From Eledone cirrhosa (taxonomy: Eukaryota), in contig OZ024742.1 of assembly GCA_964016885.1 (NCBI GenBank), forward strand, positions 337,714,001-337,778,000: DNA of 64,000 nt, given 5' to 3'. Numbering within the stretch: the first letter of the stretch is position 1; each line of letters begins with the position of its first letter. Position numbers and translations under genes: made by a program. The notes beneath the pieces were generated by a model. The model was given only the letters and a program-made list of their open reading frames with translations. It ran no database searches and was not told the DNA's origin. This document shows positions 1 through 12,592 of the stretch, piece after piece.

Positions 1-1498
1 TAGCCGATAATGTTGTGTAATATCGTTATTATGTAAATGTGTATTATATATATATATATCAAAGCAGAACTACAATAGTATCAACATGTCAATAAGAAAG
101 AAACCTTGTGATTAACAGCCCAAAATAGTAAAATGTCTATATCAGATAAAAGTGAACTATTTGATTCTTTGAAGACTGGTAAAATAAAAATAAAAGTAAA
201 CAGCCATTGCTCCTAGAAGCCAAGCAAAAGAAATGTATTTTACAACTATACACACACACATTTTGAAAGTACGGCTGAAAAGTTTGTCAAGTAAGATACT
301 CCGAGAATTGATTTCATAGATGGGATGACAGAATTGTTAGAGATTAAGGCAATGAAGAAACAAGACATTAAAACATCAATGATCTATGTATATGTGGATA
401 GGAAGTGGGCAGCATTTATTCCAGGTGTATTTTATTAAGTCCCTTGATACCAAATCACCCCTGGTTCTATGATACAAGACTGTATATTTTAAAATATATT
501 TATCTAAAAACCTTCTATTGTAATTTTACCAAAGAGCCTTTGGTAAGACTAGTTGGATCAACCCTTTTGTTAGCATATTACTAATTAAAGACTGCTTTTA
601 TTTTTCAAATGATTTCGAAAATAATCAAGTATTGAGGGATTTAGTAATATAACTAACTTTGTCATTATTAAGTTGGTGTGTGGAACATAGCTTAAAAGTT
701 CCTATATAAAATTATGACAAAAGGTTTTTAGATAAATATAAACACTTTAACCCCTTTGTTACATTATTTTTAGTGAAAGACACTGACTATGGATCAATCA
801 ATGGAAGATGGAGAAAGGCTAATATTGATATCACAATACACTTCAAAATACAAAAACAACAACAACAAATAGATAATACAATTCCCTTTCCATTGAAAAC
901 TAACCAATCCTTCTACTCCTGACAAAAGCCAATAGGAACACAGAATATATATAAAATCCAAGTCAGTCTGAGGTTGAATGTATTGATGATAAGGTCATAA
1001 TCCTCACCCTCATCTTATGCCCACTCTCCATGCTGGCATGGGTTGGACAGCCAGTATAGCCAGAGTCAGCTCCAATTTCGAGTTTCTGCCCTTCATTTTT
1101 CTTTCTTTCTGCAAGTTATTAACAACTTTATGCTCTTTCTAACACCAACAATTGAAATACACCCAGTTTACCTGGTGTATTTCATTGAGACACCAACATT
1201 AGAGAGGTTAGCCAGTCTGTAACAACACTAAAGAGTTCTCTTTATGTTGTGTGTTTGATTGACATTCCCCACTCACAATAACAAAAAACAAGCAAACAAA
1301 AACCAGCATATATCTACATCTTGATGACAAAAGTCTATGACAAAAGCGAAAACAAAATATGCAAACACAGAATAAAGTTTTATGAAATAAAGAGTTATTA
1401 AACATACACATAGACATGGGTGTATATAAACTGCTGCATGCTGACATCAAAGTTGTGAACTGTACAACAATCCTTGTTATGTTTGTAGGGAAAAACAC

Positions 1499-1535
<37 letters not shown>

Positions 1536-2290
1536 GCACACACAACCAATCCACTAATTACTAAGTCCACTACTTATTAAATTCAGCTGTGATTAGCTTG
1601 ACAACAGAAAACAATGAGTCAATATGGAAGTGAGATCCCAAGAGTTGTAACAATTTAAACATTAACCATTTCCTTACCATATTTCTAATAAAACACACTG
1701 CCTATGGTTTTCAAATATTTTGAAAATAATCAAGAATTTAGAGGGATTTAGTAATATAACTTTCTCATTATTAAGTTGGTGTTTGTAACACAAAATTATG
1801 ATAGATGGTTTTTTTAAAGATAAAAAGTATCATAGAACTAGGTGCAGTTTCAGAGTAAAATAATAAAACCATTTACACAAAGCAACAATGATGAAAAGGT
1901 GAGTAAAAATAAAAATATCCAATTTAGAGAACCACCACCTTATTGGTAAACACCTCTGTCCCAAAGTTGTGGAGATGAGAATATTCAATTTATAAAGAAG
2001 TACCACTTCACTGACAAGCATCTCTCTCTCTCTCTCTCTCATAAACAAAAATTTTAAAAAAACAAAACAAAATAAAAAATTAAACCATACACACATTTAG
2101 CACTTCATACCCTACTGTTTTGTTATAATGCACAGCTAATGTACCTATAGAATCTTCTATACTTTGAGCTCTACCAAGCCAAATTTAAGTATATGTAGTA
2201 AGCTACTGCAAATTATAATAAATGAATTATATGTAAGTATGCACGCATGTGTGTATATATGTACATATATACACATACATACATATGCTT

Positions 2291-2326
<36 letters not shown>

Positions 2327-3699
2327 AAGACTGGCAGAGAGAGACTATGTTGAAAATAATTACCGTCAAAAACGCAGTTCTCTCGGCAACAGCAGATGTC
2401 ATGGAATGACAATTCTGAAACAAAGTTAAACTGGTAACAGAATCGACAAAATAGAGTTTCCCTTAACAGAATTGAGGAGAGCTTTTATATGTTGTTGTTT
2501 TTTTTTTTTTCATTATATTTTTAACTTTGCTTAAATTTGTCAGGTTAATGGCTGATTTTCAAAGACCCACATTAGAAATAAGTTAAAAGACAGTGGCTGG
2601 CTATCAATGAATCTATCTAATAGGTTATGAGCAGACAGAAGAGGTAGGCTTTAAAGATAGAGGTCCCAGATCTGATCCCACTTAATATCAACTCTTGTTT
2701 CTTGTATAACACACACCGATAATTAACTCTTAACATCCTGTAATGATTTAGATAAAAATATCTAAAACCAAGTTTTTAAATTCAAATGTTTATATTAACT
2801 CTAGTAGTGAAAATTTGTAGTATTAGAGTAAAGGCTTTACTTTTTTATGTGATGCAGTCATAGTGATGTATTTTCCAAAAATGTCTTACTAATGCTATTT
2901 TATGAGGTTTGTTAATTCAAATGTTTATAGTATCTTTACTGGGGGACAAGTGATTGTGAATATTTGCAATATTAAAGTAAAGGCTTCAATATTTAATGTG
3001 CATTTCAAAAATGTCTTGCTCATGCAGTTTCATGTGATACAGAATGTTAAGAGTTACTGGCTGTCTATAGCTTAGATCTGGTTCTAACTGAAGAATATAT
3101 CTGAGAGGCAGGCTTTAAAGAATATTTTTCATTCTCAAGTAAAAAAGAGAAATAATTTAGGTGTCATTGTTATAGCTCACACATATGCTAGTTTAGCTGC
3201 CTTCTAACAAGTTTGGGTGGTTTAATAATAGAAGCTCCAGACCTATCATGAAAAACATCTTGCTTAAGAACCCAATACCCTGTCTAGTCAAGGAATTGTA
3301 TCTGCAACCAAATAATTGCAAGTCCAATATTCTACTACTGGCAACCATATCTTCAGAATTGTAATTTAGTGCTACATAACAAGCTGTTGTTAGTATAATG
3401 TTTGATCCTAAATAGACTAGCCAACAGTAATGACTAAAATGTTTTCAGAAATGTTAGGATTGAAATATTTTGTTATCAAATTAAATTCTATGATGAATGT
3501 TATGAGACTACTAAAAAGGTATCAGGCCATAAAACCTTGCCTCAAATAGGACCCCATGATGCATATGAAGCTTGTCACGGGGTCAGCCAAGTAAAACCCT
3601 GCTCTAGAAGGGAGAAATTGGCTTCCTTTGTTTGTGGCAATGTTGTCATGAATAACAATAGATCCACTTGTAGTTTACACACAACAATAAATACTACTA

Positions 3700-3905
3700 C
3701 AACCACTACTCTACATGAGGTAGTCTTCATGCTACTGTTACTACTACTACTACTACTCTACAGGTGGTAGTCTTCATGCTACTACTACCTCTACATGAGG
3801 CACTCGTCACACAACTACTACCTCTACATGAGGCACTCGTCACACAACTACTACTACCTCTACATGAAGCAGTCGTCACACTACTAATACTACTACCACC
3901 ACCAC
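3700..3905. repeat. Low-copy (CTA)-rich minisatellite (about 33-39-bp unit containing cctctacatgaggc)
   Basis: Repeated ctactacctctacatgaggcactcgtcacacaa. Confidence 0.75.
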
Positions 3906-4289
3906 CTATATACATACCACATGTGGATGAGTCAATGAAAGAGAGCTATGTGGTCACTTGAACTGCTAGAAATAGCAGTAAAATTTCTCTGAAATCACAT
4001 AGCCACCTTTTAAAAAAAAGCAAGACACATTGGATAATATATTATCTAATGTCTGAAAAAAGATGGGATGGTCATGACCAGAACACCTTTGACCCTGTCA
4101 GCTCAATCAGGATAGATGTGAGGCTAAACAACAACAGTGTATGTAGTAACAGTATAGTTCTATGATGAACATACATCAAAGTTCAGACCAATATTTCATT
4201 GGTCTATACAGTTGTGTGTGTTGGATGATGTACTGGATGTATTGAATCTGCATTGATTCAAATCAGTGTTTCAGTTGTTTAAACAACAT

Positions 4290-4545
4290 AACAGCCTGCT
4301 CATGAAAATAACATGCAAGTGGATGAATATATTCCATACATGTGCATCCTTAATGCATTTCTCAGGGAGATACAGAATGACGCAGTATGTGACAAGGATG
4401 GCCCTTTGAATTACTGGTACAACTCACTTTTGCCATCTGAGTCGTTTGCAGCAATGTGAAATAAAGTGTCTTACTCAAGGACAAAGTGTGCCAACAAATA
4501 ACATTATGACTAGAAAACTCTAACCACTAAATAATGTGTCTCCAT
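4290..4545 (-). mobile_element. Degenerate CORE-type tRNA-SINE (same subfamily as 27678-27960)
   Basis: Reverse-complement similarity to 27678-27960 (ccttgagtaagacactttatttcacattgc; gtaattcaaagggcc). Confidence 0.6.
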
Positions 4546-5424
4546 TCCATACAAATATGGCACACTGATAGGTTACATATTCTAATATGTAAAGTAGTTA
4601 AAGATTGTCCTCAGCCAAGAACCTCCTGGTTTTAGTGGCATTAAGTGACCGAGAATACAGGACACCAAGCTACCAAGGGCTTAACTCCCAGCTGCAGATG
4701 GTACACATTTTCAGCTGAATAGACTGAAGCAATGCGAAATGAAGTGTCTTGCTTAAGACCACAACATGCCAACTGGTCTAGGAATGAAATCCATGATTTT
4801 ACAATTGTGAGTGCAAAATTTTCTACAGCTAAGCTACATATACTAGCTACACATCAACAGGTAAAATATATGCCATATTTCAAAGGTGTTATCTTAAACA
4901 GAGAATTGATATAAACTAATTAAGATTTCTAATATTGAGAGGGGAGCCTTTAAAAAACAGCATTTATTGCCATATACAGCCGACTGTTAGGGGTTGTGGA
5001 TGTGAAAACTGTACGAAATCATGCAATCAGGTACATAGTAGGTTTCTTGTTAGTAACCAAACGGTCAATTTGGTTGGTATCATCTCTTGTGTCGAAAATC
5101 ATGCAGAAAAATAACCAAAAAAGACAACATAAAACAACAACATATAACAAAAACTAAAAAAAAAAAAAGAATTATAAAACAAAAAAAGATGAATGCAAAC
5201 TAAATAAACAAATAAACAGAACAAACAACACACCAAACTACTGCATTCTTTGGAGAATAAAACAAAACAAAAAATAACATTCAAAGTTTTGGTACAGTCT
5301 CTATATAAAATATGTTGTGGTTAATATAGGTTGGCTTTTTCTGGTTCTTGTTCCAAAACCTGTAGATAAAAAATATATCAACATACACATGTACACACAC
5401 ACACATATATATATATATACATAT

Positions 5425-5841
5425 GAAGGCACATGGCTTAGTGGTTAGAGCATTGGGTTTGCAATCGAAAGGTTGTGAGTTCAATTCTCGGACTGGGTGA
5501 TGTGTTGTTTCCTTGAGCCAAGACACTTTATTTCACATTGCTCCAGTTTAATCAGCAGTAAAAATGAGATGATAGGACTGGGGTCCCTACCATTCCACTG
5601 CAAAGTGGTCGTGGCGGTGCCACGGCAAAAAGCACCCAGCCTACACTGTAAAGTGGACGTGTAGGCGCCACGGAAAAAAAAGCATCCAGCACTCACTGTA
5701 AATGAGGTTGGTGTTAGGAAGAGCATCCTGCTGTAGAAATCAAGCCAGAATTAGTTCCCGTATGAGCAAGACAAGGTCAGCCAACCGGACAACCCGTCTA
5801 ACCCATGCTAGCGTGGAAGAATGGACGTAAAACAGTGATGA
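5425..5841 (+). mobile_element. tRNA-derived CORE-type SINE with RTE-LINE-derived 3' tail
   Basis: A box TGGCTTAGTGG, B box GAGTTCAATTC, CORE-like CCTTGAGC(C)AAGACACTT; 3' tail shared with the LINE at 52253-53932. Confidence 0.85.
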
Positions 5842-6336
5842 CATATATATATATATATCAGTAATGTGAACAAAGAAAAACAACAGGAGAGAACAATACA
5901 ATGTAATGATTGTGCATTAGTTTAACACTTAAATAGAGTTGGAAAAGAGTCTTAATGTTTCAGATATTAATCCTCGCATTGAAAGATAGAAAGAGAAAGC
6001 TTTGTTGGTGCTAATCAGCCATCACACACACATACATACATATCTGTATGGTGATCCTTTGTCACAACAACAAAGCACCCAGTCTACACTGTAAATGTGA
6101 TTGGCATTAGGAAAGGCATCCAGCCATAGAAACCAAGCCAAAATGCAGATCCATATGAGCAAAATAACGTGACAACCAGTCTAACCCATACGAGCATAGA
6201 AAAATAGACAAATGATGATATATACATATGTGTGTGTGTGTGCCAAATATTGCACTGTAGAACAATGTAAAGCAAAAAAGATGCAGTCAAGCATGTCCAT
6301 CAGCTGTTGTGCAAGAATTGAGTTTTTCTCCTTTAA

Positions 6337-6555
6337 CCCTTTAGATGTAAACCAGTCGTATCCGGCCAGAATTAACTTACCTCTTTCTGTTCAAACTGAC
6401 CCTAATTGGCCACTCATACTGATGTTAAGGTATTGTTCTCAAAATAAATAATATCAAAATCTAGTAATTCGATATTATGTGAGATAATTATGTAAGATAG
6501 AGCCTTTACCACAAAAGACAACAGTAAATATAGAGTAATGTAAATGCTAAAAGGG
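6337..6555. mobile_element. piggyBac-type MITE
   Basis: TTAA|CCCTTTAG...CTAAAAGGG|TTAA; related copies at 16843-17018 and 19581-19809. Confidence 0.8.
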
Positions 6556-7762
6556 TTAAACTATTTATGTATATACATGTGTGTATATATTTATGCATCA
6601 TAATCGTTTTTCGCTCACTTCTACATGTTTGCATGAGCTAGATGGGTTCTTTCCAGCAAAGCTTGCTTCAACCTGTGATCTATGGCTGATGGGTTCTTTC
6701 CAGCACAGCCTGCTTCAACTTATATTCCCCATGTCATTTCCTGTTTAGAGTTTAGAGATCCATTCTAATCAGCTCTACCCAAATTCTTCTGTCTTCTATT
6801 GCAGCTTCTTTCCACTAACTTTGTCTGGCACTTCTCCATCCATACACATCACAAGTCAATGCCAGCAGTCTTCTATCTTGTACACGACATCTGATTCTTC
6901 TTATACCCAGCTTTTCTCTGTTCATCCAAGCCCTATCATTCATGCACACTAACATTTGACTCAAGAAAACTTATTTCTGTTGTATGATTATACAATCAGT
7001 TTATATTTCTTAAAGACATTTTGTCTTCTTTCCAGGTGAAATAACATTATTATCATTGTCAAAGCCATCCTAGCTGAAAACAAAAAAGGAAGATAAAAAA
7101 GGCAGCTACTTTTTCCATTGTAAACAAATGGAAGTTGTTTACAATGGAAATGTCTTCTGCTTTTAAAAGTTCATATATGTGTGTCACAACCGATGCAGCA
7201 ATTCACACAAATATTAGAATTTGTAAAACTATTCAACTAATACCCACAGAGAAAGAATATATATATTAAACAAGCGCGATCACACCTCTTGTTAGAAATA
7301 GCAGCCAAATCTCCTTCAATTCACATCTCACCATCATAAAAGAAGTTCCCAGTTACACTCTGTGAGGCTATTAGTAATAGGAAGGGCATCACATAGATTG
7401 TCTCTTGGAGGTTTTAATGATAGGGGTCTCAGTTTTATCACACACACATTACAGACCCCACCTGTAGGTTTAGCCGGCCTCCTATGTTGTTGCATCTCAT
7501 AGGATGTTTCTTGAGGGTTTTAATGATAGGGGTTCCAATGCTTTCATGGCCCCACTTTTCTGATAACAAGAATTAGAATTTAAACAGAATACAGAGAGCT
7601 GTAATAGATACCATAAGGCATACTCTCTGACACTAACAATTCCACTAATTCACTGTTGCTCAATTGATAGTTTACTTATTGACTGAGAAAATGAAAGGCC
7701 AAGTTGACCATGGTGGATTTTAAACTCAGAGTCCAGACCCCCTCCCCCCTCACACACACAAA

Positions 7763-8107
7763 TACTCTCTCGGGCCTCGAATATTCGTCCCCCGCATACT
7801 TAATTTTTCAGATTTTTTCCAACACACCCATTCTTATTCTAAGACTCCACACAATTTTCACCAGAGATAAATTAGTTAAATTTAGTAAACTAATTTTAAG
7901 TGATGACATCCTACATGATAAAAAAGTACATTACTAGAAATCCCGTATGTTCTAAAATAAATAGGATGAGTTGGGGTCTCAATATGTAAATTAAACAATT
8001 AATTTTGCTTTTTTTTTAAATCAACAGAGACAACCTAGAAAAATTATTGATTTTTCACACCTATCCTCTGCTTATCCCCCCCCCCTATTATTTGGGACTC
8101 AAGAGTA
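7763..8107. mobile_element. MITE with TA-flanked terminal inverted repeats; inverted copy at 18289-18640
   Basis: tactctctcgggcc...gggactcaagagta; internal sequence is the reverse complement of 18289-18640. Confidence 0.7.
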
Positions 8108-8201
8108 AATGAAGAGCACTTTATCCAATGCTCCAATGACTCTGCCAATTTGTCGTCTTATGTGGTAGAAGCTGTTACTTTCTGGTGAAACCTTTGTCAT
8201 A

Positions 8202-8215
8202 TCACTTTCCAGTTT
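8202..8215 (-). CDS. Probable terminal coding exon (ETGK-stop)
   Basis: 70-nt pyrimidine-rich GTAAGT...TAATACAG intron at 8216-8285; an alternative last exon starting at 7073 is also possible. Confidence 0.45.
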
Positions 8216-11200
8216 CTGTATTAATAGGAAAATCAAGTAAAGAGAAAATTATGAAAAATATGTAAAATATGAAAGTAAAACTTACCCATATGTGAAGTCC
8301 GGTGAGGATCTAGCAGGGTCTGTTCTATTTCACGGTTTGCTTCTAGTTTGGAGCCAGGCTCTGCAATGGCATGACCCAGGTCAATTAAACGGTCATTAAG
8401 GTTATCATCATCAGCTTCTTTATAGAGATACACACCATATTTGGTCGTAGACTTCACATCAATTCTCATCTCCAGTACCTCACTGTCTGTAAATTCTTTA
8501 GTTACAAACAAAAACAAAACAAAAAAGATGTTTCAAATACATGTAACAGAAGATATGAAATATTATAAACAATAATAGTTAATGGAGGTGATGGTGTTTG
8601 TGATACTTGTGGTAGTGGTTGTTGTTTGTTATGGTCATGATTGTGAGTGTTTGTGATGGTTATGGTGTTTGTGATGGTAATGATTGTAGTAGTGTTTGTT
8701 ATGGTCATGGGTTAAATGGGAATTGTCCCATTTAAGGTAAGATTGGTCGGGTGACCGTGTCTCACTCGTATAGGACTATCTGGCAGGTTTTCTACAGTTG
8801 GGTGTTAGGAAGGGCATTCAACTGTAGAAGGAACATGGCTTAGTGGTTAGAGCATTGGGCTTGCAATCGAAAGGTTGTGAGTTCAATTCTCAGACCGGGT
8901 GATGTGTTGTTTCCTTGAGCAAGACACTTTATTTCACATTGTTCCAGTTTACTCAGCTGTAGAAATGAGATGATGGGACTGGGGTCCCTATCATTCCACT
9001 GCAAAATGGTTGTGGAGGTGCCACGGCAAAAAAAAGCACCCAGCACTCACTGTAAATGAGGTTGGTGTTAGGAAGGGCATCCAGCTGTAGAAATGAAGCC
9101 AGAATCAGTTCCCGTATGAGCAAGAGAAAGTCAGCCGACCGGACACTGCCCACAACAGGACAACCCGTCTAACCCATGCTAGCATGGAAGAAATCACCTG
9201 CAATAGCTTTGCTGCACTCATGGTTCAGAAATAGCAAGTCTAATGTCTATGATGATAATGATGATGAAAACCTGCCAGATAGTCCTATACAAGCAAGACA
9301 CGGTCACCCGACCAATCTTACCTCAAATGGGACAATTCCCGTCTAACCCATGCTAGCGTGGAAGATAGACGTTAAACGATGATGATTGTGGTAGTAGTTG
9401 TGGTGCTAGTGGTAGTGGCAGTAGCCACTGTGATGATGGCAGTGGTGGTGGCAGTAGTTTTGATGAAGAATGAAAGTGATTAGCACCCATTCACTTTCAT
9501 CCTTTCTTAAAATAACCCACCCACCTCACCTCACAACATCCATCACTGGCACTATTCCTCACATCCAGTCACTTTCATCTTTCTTCAACACATGACCCAG
9601 CCATCTCATTTCATTTCACTTCACAACATTCATCACTAGTTCTATTCCTCTAGCCCAGTTTCTTTCATCCTTCTTCAACACATGACCTAGTCATCTCACG
9701 CCATTTCTCTTCAAACTTTCAATGTTAATTTCCTGAGATAGTCTAGAACACCGGGCATCTAGGCAAACTGTGGAAATGTAGAATAAAGTGATGTGTAGAG
9801 AATACACAAACAAATCACCTGCAATAGCTTTGCTGCACTCATGGTTCAGAAATAGCAAGTCTAATGTCTATGCTTTTCATTGTATAACTTTACTTTACTT
9901 TACTTTACTTTGCAGCTATGTGGTTTTAAGTTCAATCCTTCTGTGTAACACAGAGTTAGTGAATTTGAAAGATGGAAACTTCATGGAAGTCTATTGTGTG
10001 TATAATTCAGCTTCCTGCCTTCCATTACTTGTGAAAATGACTCCGAGATACTTGAACCTCTCCACATGGAGTAGTGTAACTCCACACATAGGGTCCTATG
10101 TGCAGGTGTTCTTGAGAGAACGAATGCCTCAGTCTTCACAGCACAAATTTTCTTTCTTGCTGTGCAGCACACCTATCCAGATTAGTTAAGTAGCATCATG
10201 CCATCTGCAAATATAAGCCAACTGATCTTAAAGTTGCCTGTTTTGATATCACTTCTAACCTGACTGTGTATATCAATCCTGTTCATGAAGATTGTGCATT
10301 GGATATGTTTGCTGTTGAGTGCTGCATGGCAGGAATGAAAATCAGTGTTGTAAAGACTGATACATTTGTCCTCTTGAGAAAGACCATGCAGTGCACTCTG
10401 CATGTGTGTTGAGTTACACTGAAGCAGGTTGAGAAAATCATGAATCTCGGATACATTTTCATGAGTGATGTAAAGCAAGTTGAATTAAATGCAATAATTG
10501 CTGGAGCTAGTGCAATAATGCACCAGCTTCAGCACTCAGTCACCAGAAAAATGGAGGTAGGTGTATAAAAATCAAACTCATTATCAATTGTGTGTTTGTG
10601 CCAACTGTTACCTATGGTCATGAATCTTTGGAACAATGTTACTCAATAGGGTGAGTACCTTGGAGATCAGAGAGTCAATCCAGGTAGAAATGCTACTTCT
10701 CTACATTGAGTACTAGGGTTAGAATGTCTTAGGAAAGAATTGCTGGACAGATTTTATGAGCAAGATGGTTAGATAACATCCACGAATTCAGTTGGTCTTG
10801 TTTAATGATCCAGTTGGATCATTTAGTGACAGTTGCTTCGAATAGGACACATTGGAAGGTGTGTCTATGACCCTCCCAGGAATAAGTGGGCAAATTATAA
10901 TATTAATAATAATTGTTTCTACTTTTGGCACAAGGCCACCAATTACCCAGTACATTACTGGTACTTTATTTTATCAACCCCGTAATTCTATGCGTCAAAG
11001 TATGGCGTCCGACCCTCTACCGATACTGCCAATCCATAATAATAATTGTTTCTACTTTTGACACAATGCCAGCAATTACCCAGTACATTACTGGTACTTT
11101 ATTTTATCGACCCCGTAAGGATGAAAGGCAAAGTTAACCTCAGCGGGATTTGAGCTCAGACCGTAAAGAGACGTAACTATGCTGGAAAGCATGGCGTCCG

Positions 11201-12555
11201 ACTCTCTACCGATACTGCCAATTCAACAATAACGATAATTTATAATTTTGGCACAAGGCCAACAACTTTGGGGGGGAAGAGAACCATGAGTGCAGCAAAG
11301 CTATTGCAGGTGATTTGTTTGTGTATTCTCTACACACCACTTTATTCTACATTCCTACAGTTTGTCCTAGATACCCCGTGTTTTAGACTATCTCAGGAAA
11401 CTACTATTGAAAGATTGAAGAGAAATGGTGTGAGATGACTAGGTCATGTGTTGAGGAAGGATGAAAGAAACTGGGTTAGGTATTTTATTTTATCGACTCC
11501 GGAAGGATAAATGGTAAAATTGACCTCGACTGGATTTGAACTCAGAACATAGGCCAGAATGACGTTATCCACCATTCTACCAATTCGCCACCTCAATAAT
11601 AATAATAATAATAACAAGTGTTTGTGGGCTAGTAAAATAAGTTACCTTTAAATATTTCAAATGCTGTGGTGCTCCATGAAGTATTTAATGGTAGAACATC
11701 AACTAAATAACAATGGATCGACATTGCTGGAGGTTTGTACAAAATTGGAGGACATTTCTTCAGGGCTGATCTTTCCACCAGTAATTCTTTACCAATGTCT
11801 ACAAATAACACCTGAAACAGATATTTTAAACAACATTAACACACTCCTTATACATGCAGCATCATTATCATCATAAATATTGTTTCTATGGCTGAATGTC
11901 CTTCATATCACCAACCACAGAGTGTACTGGGTGTATTTTTTAGTGGCACTAGCAATAGGGAGCTTATCGTGCCCCTCACATGACTGAAGAATCCTCGACT
12001 CTTTGTTGGATGCTCTGCCTAACACCTGCTACTTTGCAGAATGTACTGCGACCCTTTTATCATGTCACCAGCACTAAGGAGGCTGTTGGTCATTGATTCG
12101 ACTGAAGGATCCGCTCGACTCTGGGGGAGGGGTGGGGTACAATGTCTCAAAGCGCTCCTGTTTGATGGAGAGAACATAAGGTGGGAATAGGAGAAAGAGT
12201 GAGAATAAGGAAGCAGGAGTGGGGGTGAGCGATAGATGGGGGAACAATGATTGGAAGTCATGTGTGTGAGAGACTGAAAATTAAGTAGAGGCATTCCTTG
12301 ACACGACCTACCCAATTTATAACTACTAGCAGTTACAACTATAAGTATTCAAGCACAGCAAGCACATTTTCTCTAGAAATCTGTTATGCTTCAGTAGTTA
12401 AATTAAAATATTCCTACATCTGAACATACACAAAATGGCAAAAACCATGTCTGCAGAAATAAGCGTATTAATGAATAAAAAAAATAAAAGAAATTTTATC
12501 AGTTACGCTTTACAGTACATATGAATCATGCGCATATGTACTTCCCACTCTCAAG

Positions 12556-12592
<37 letters not shown>

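Noticed and set aside
1-5400. Possible long 3' UTR or neighbouring gene
   Set aside because: T-rich on the minus strand, but no coding signal or definable poly(A) site can be supported from sequence alone
5425-5510. Possible tRNA gene (also at 8827, 27678, 37465, 48424)
   Set aside because: A/B boxes are followed by a SINE body and LINE tail and no proper acceptor stem is seen; these are SINE heads
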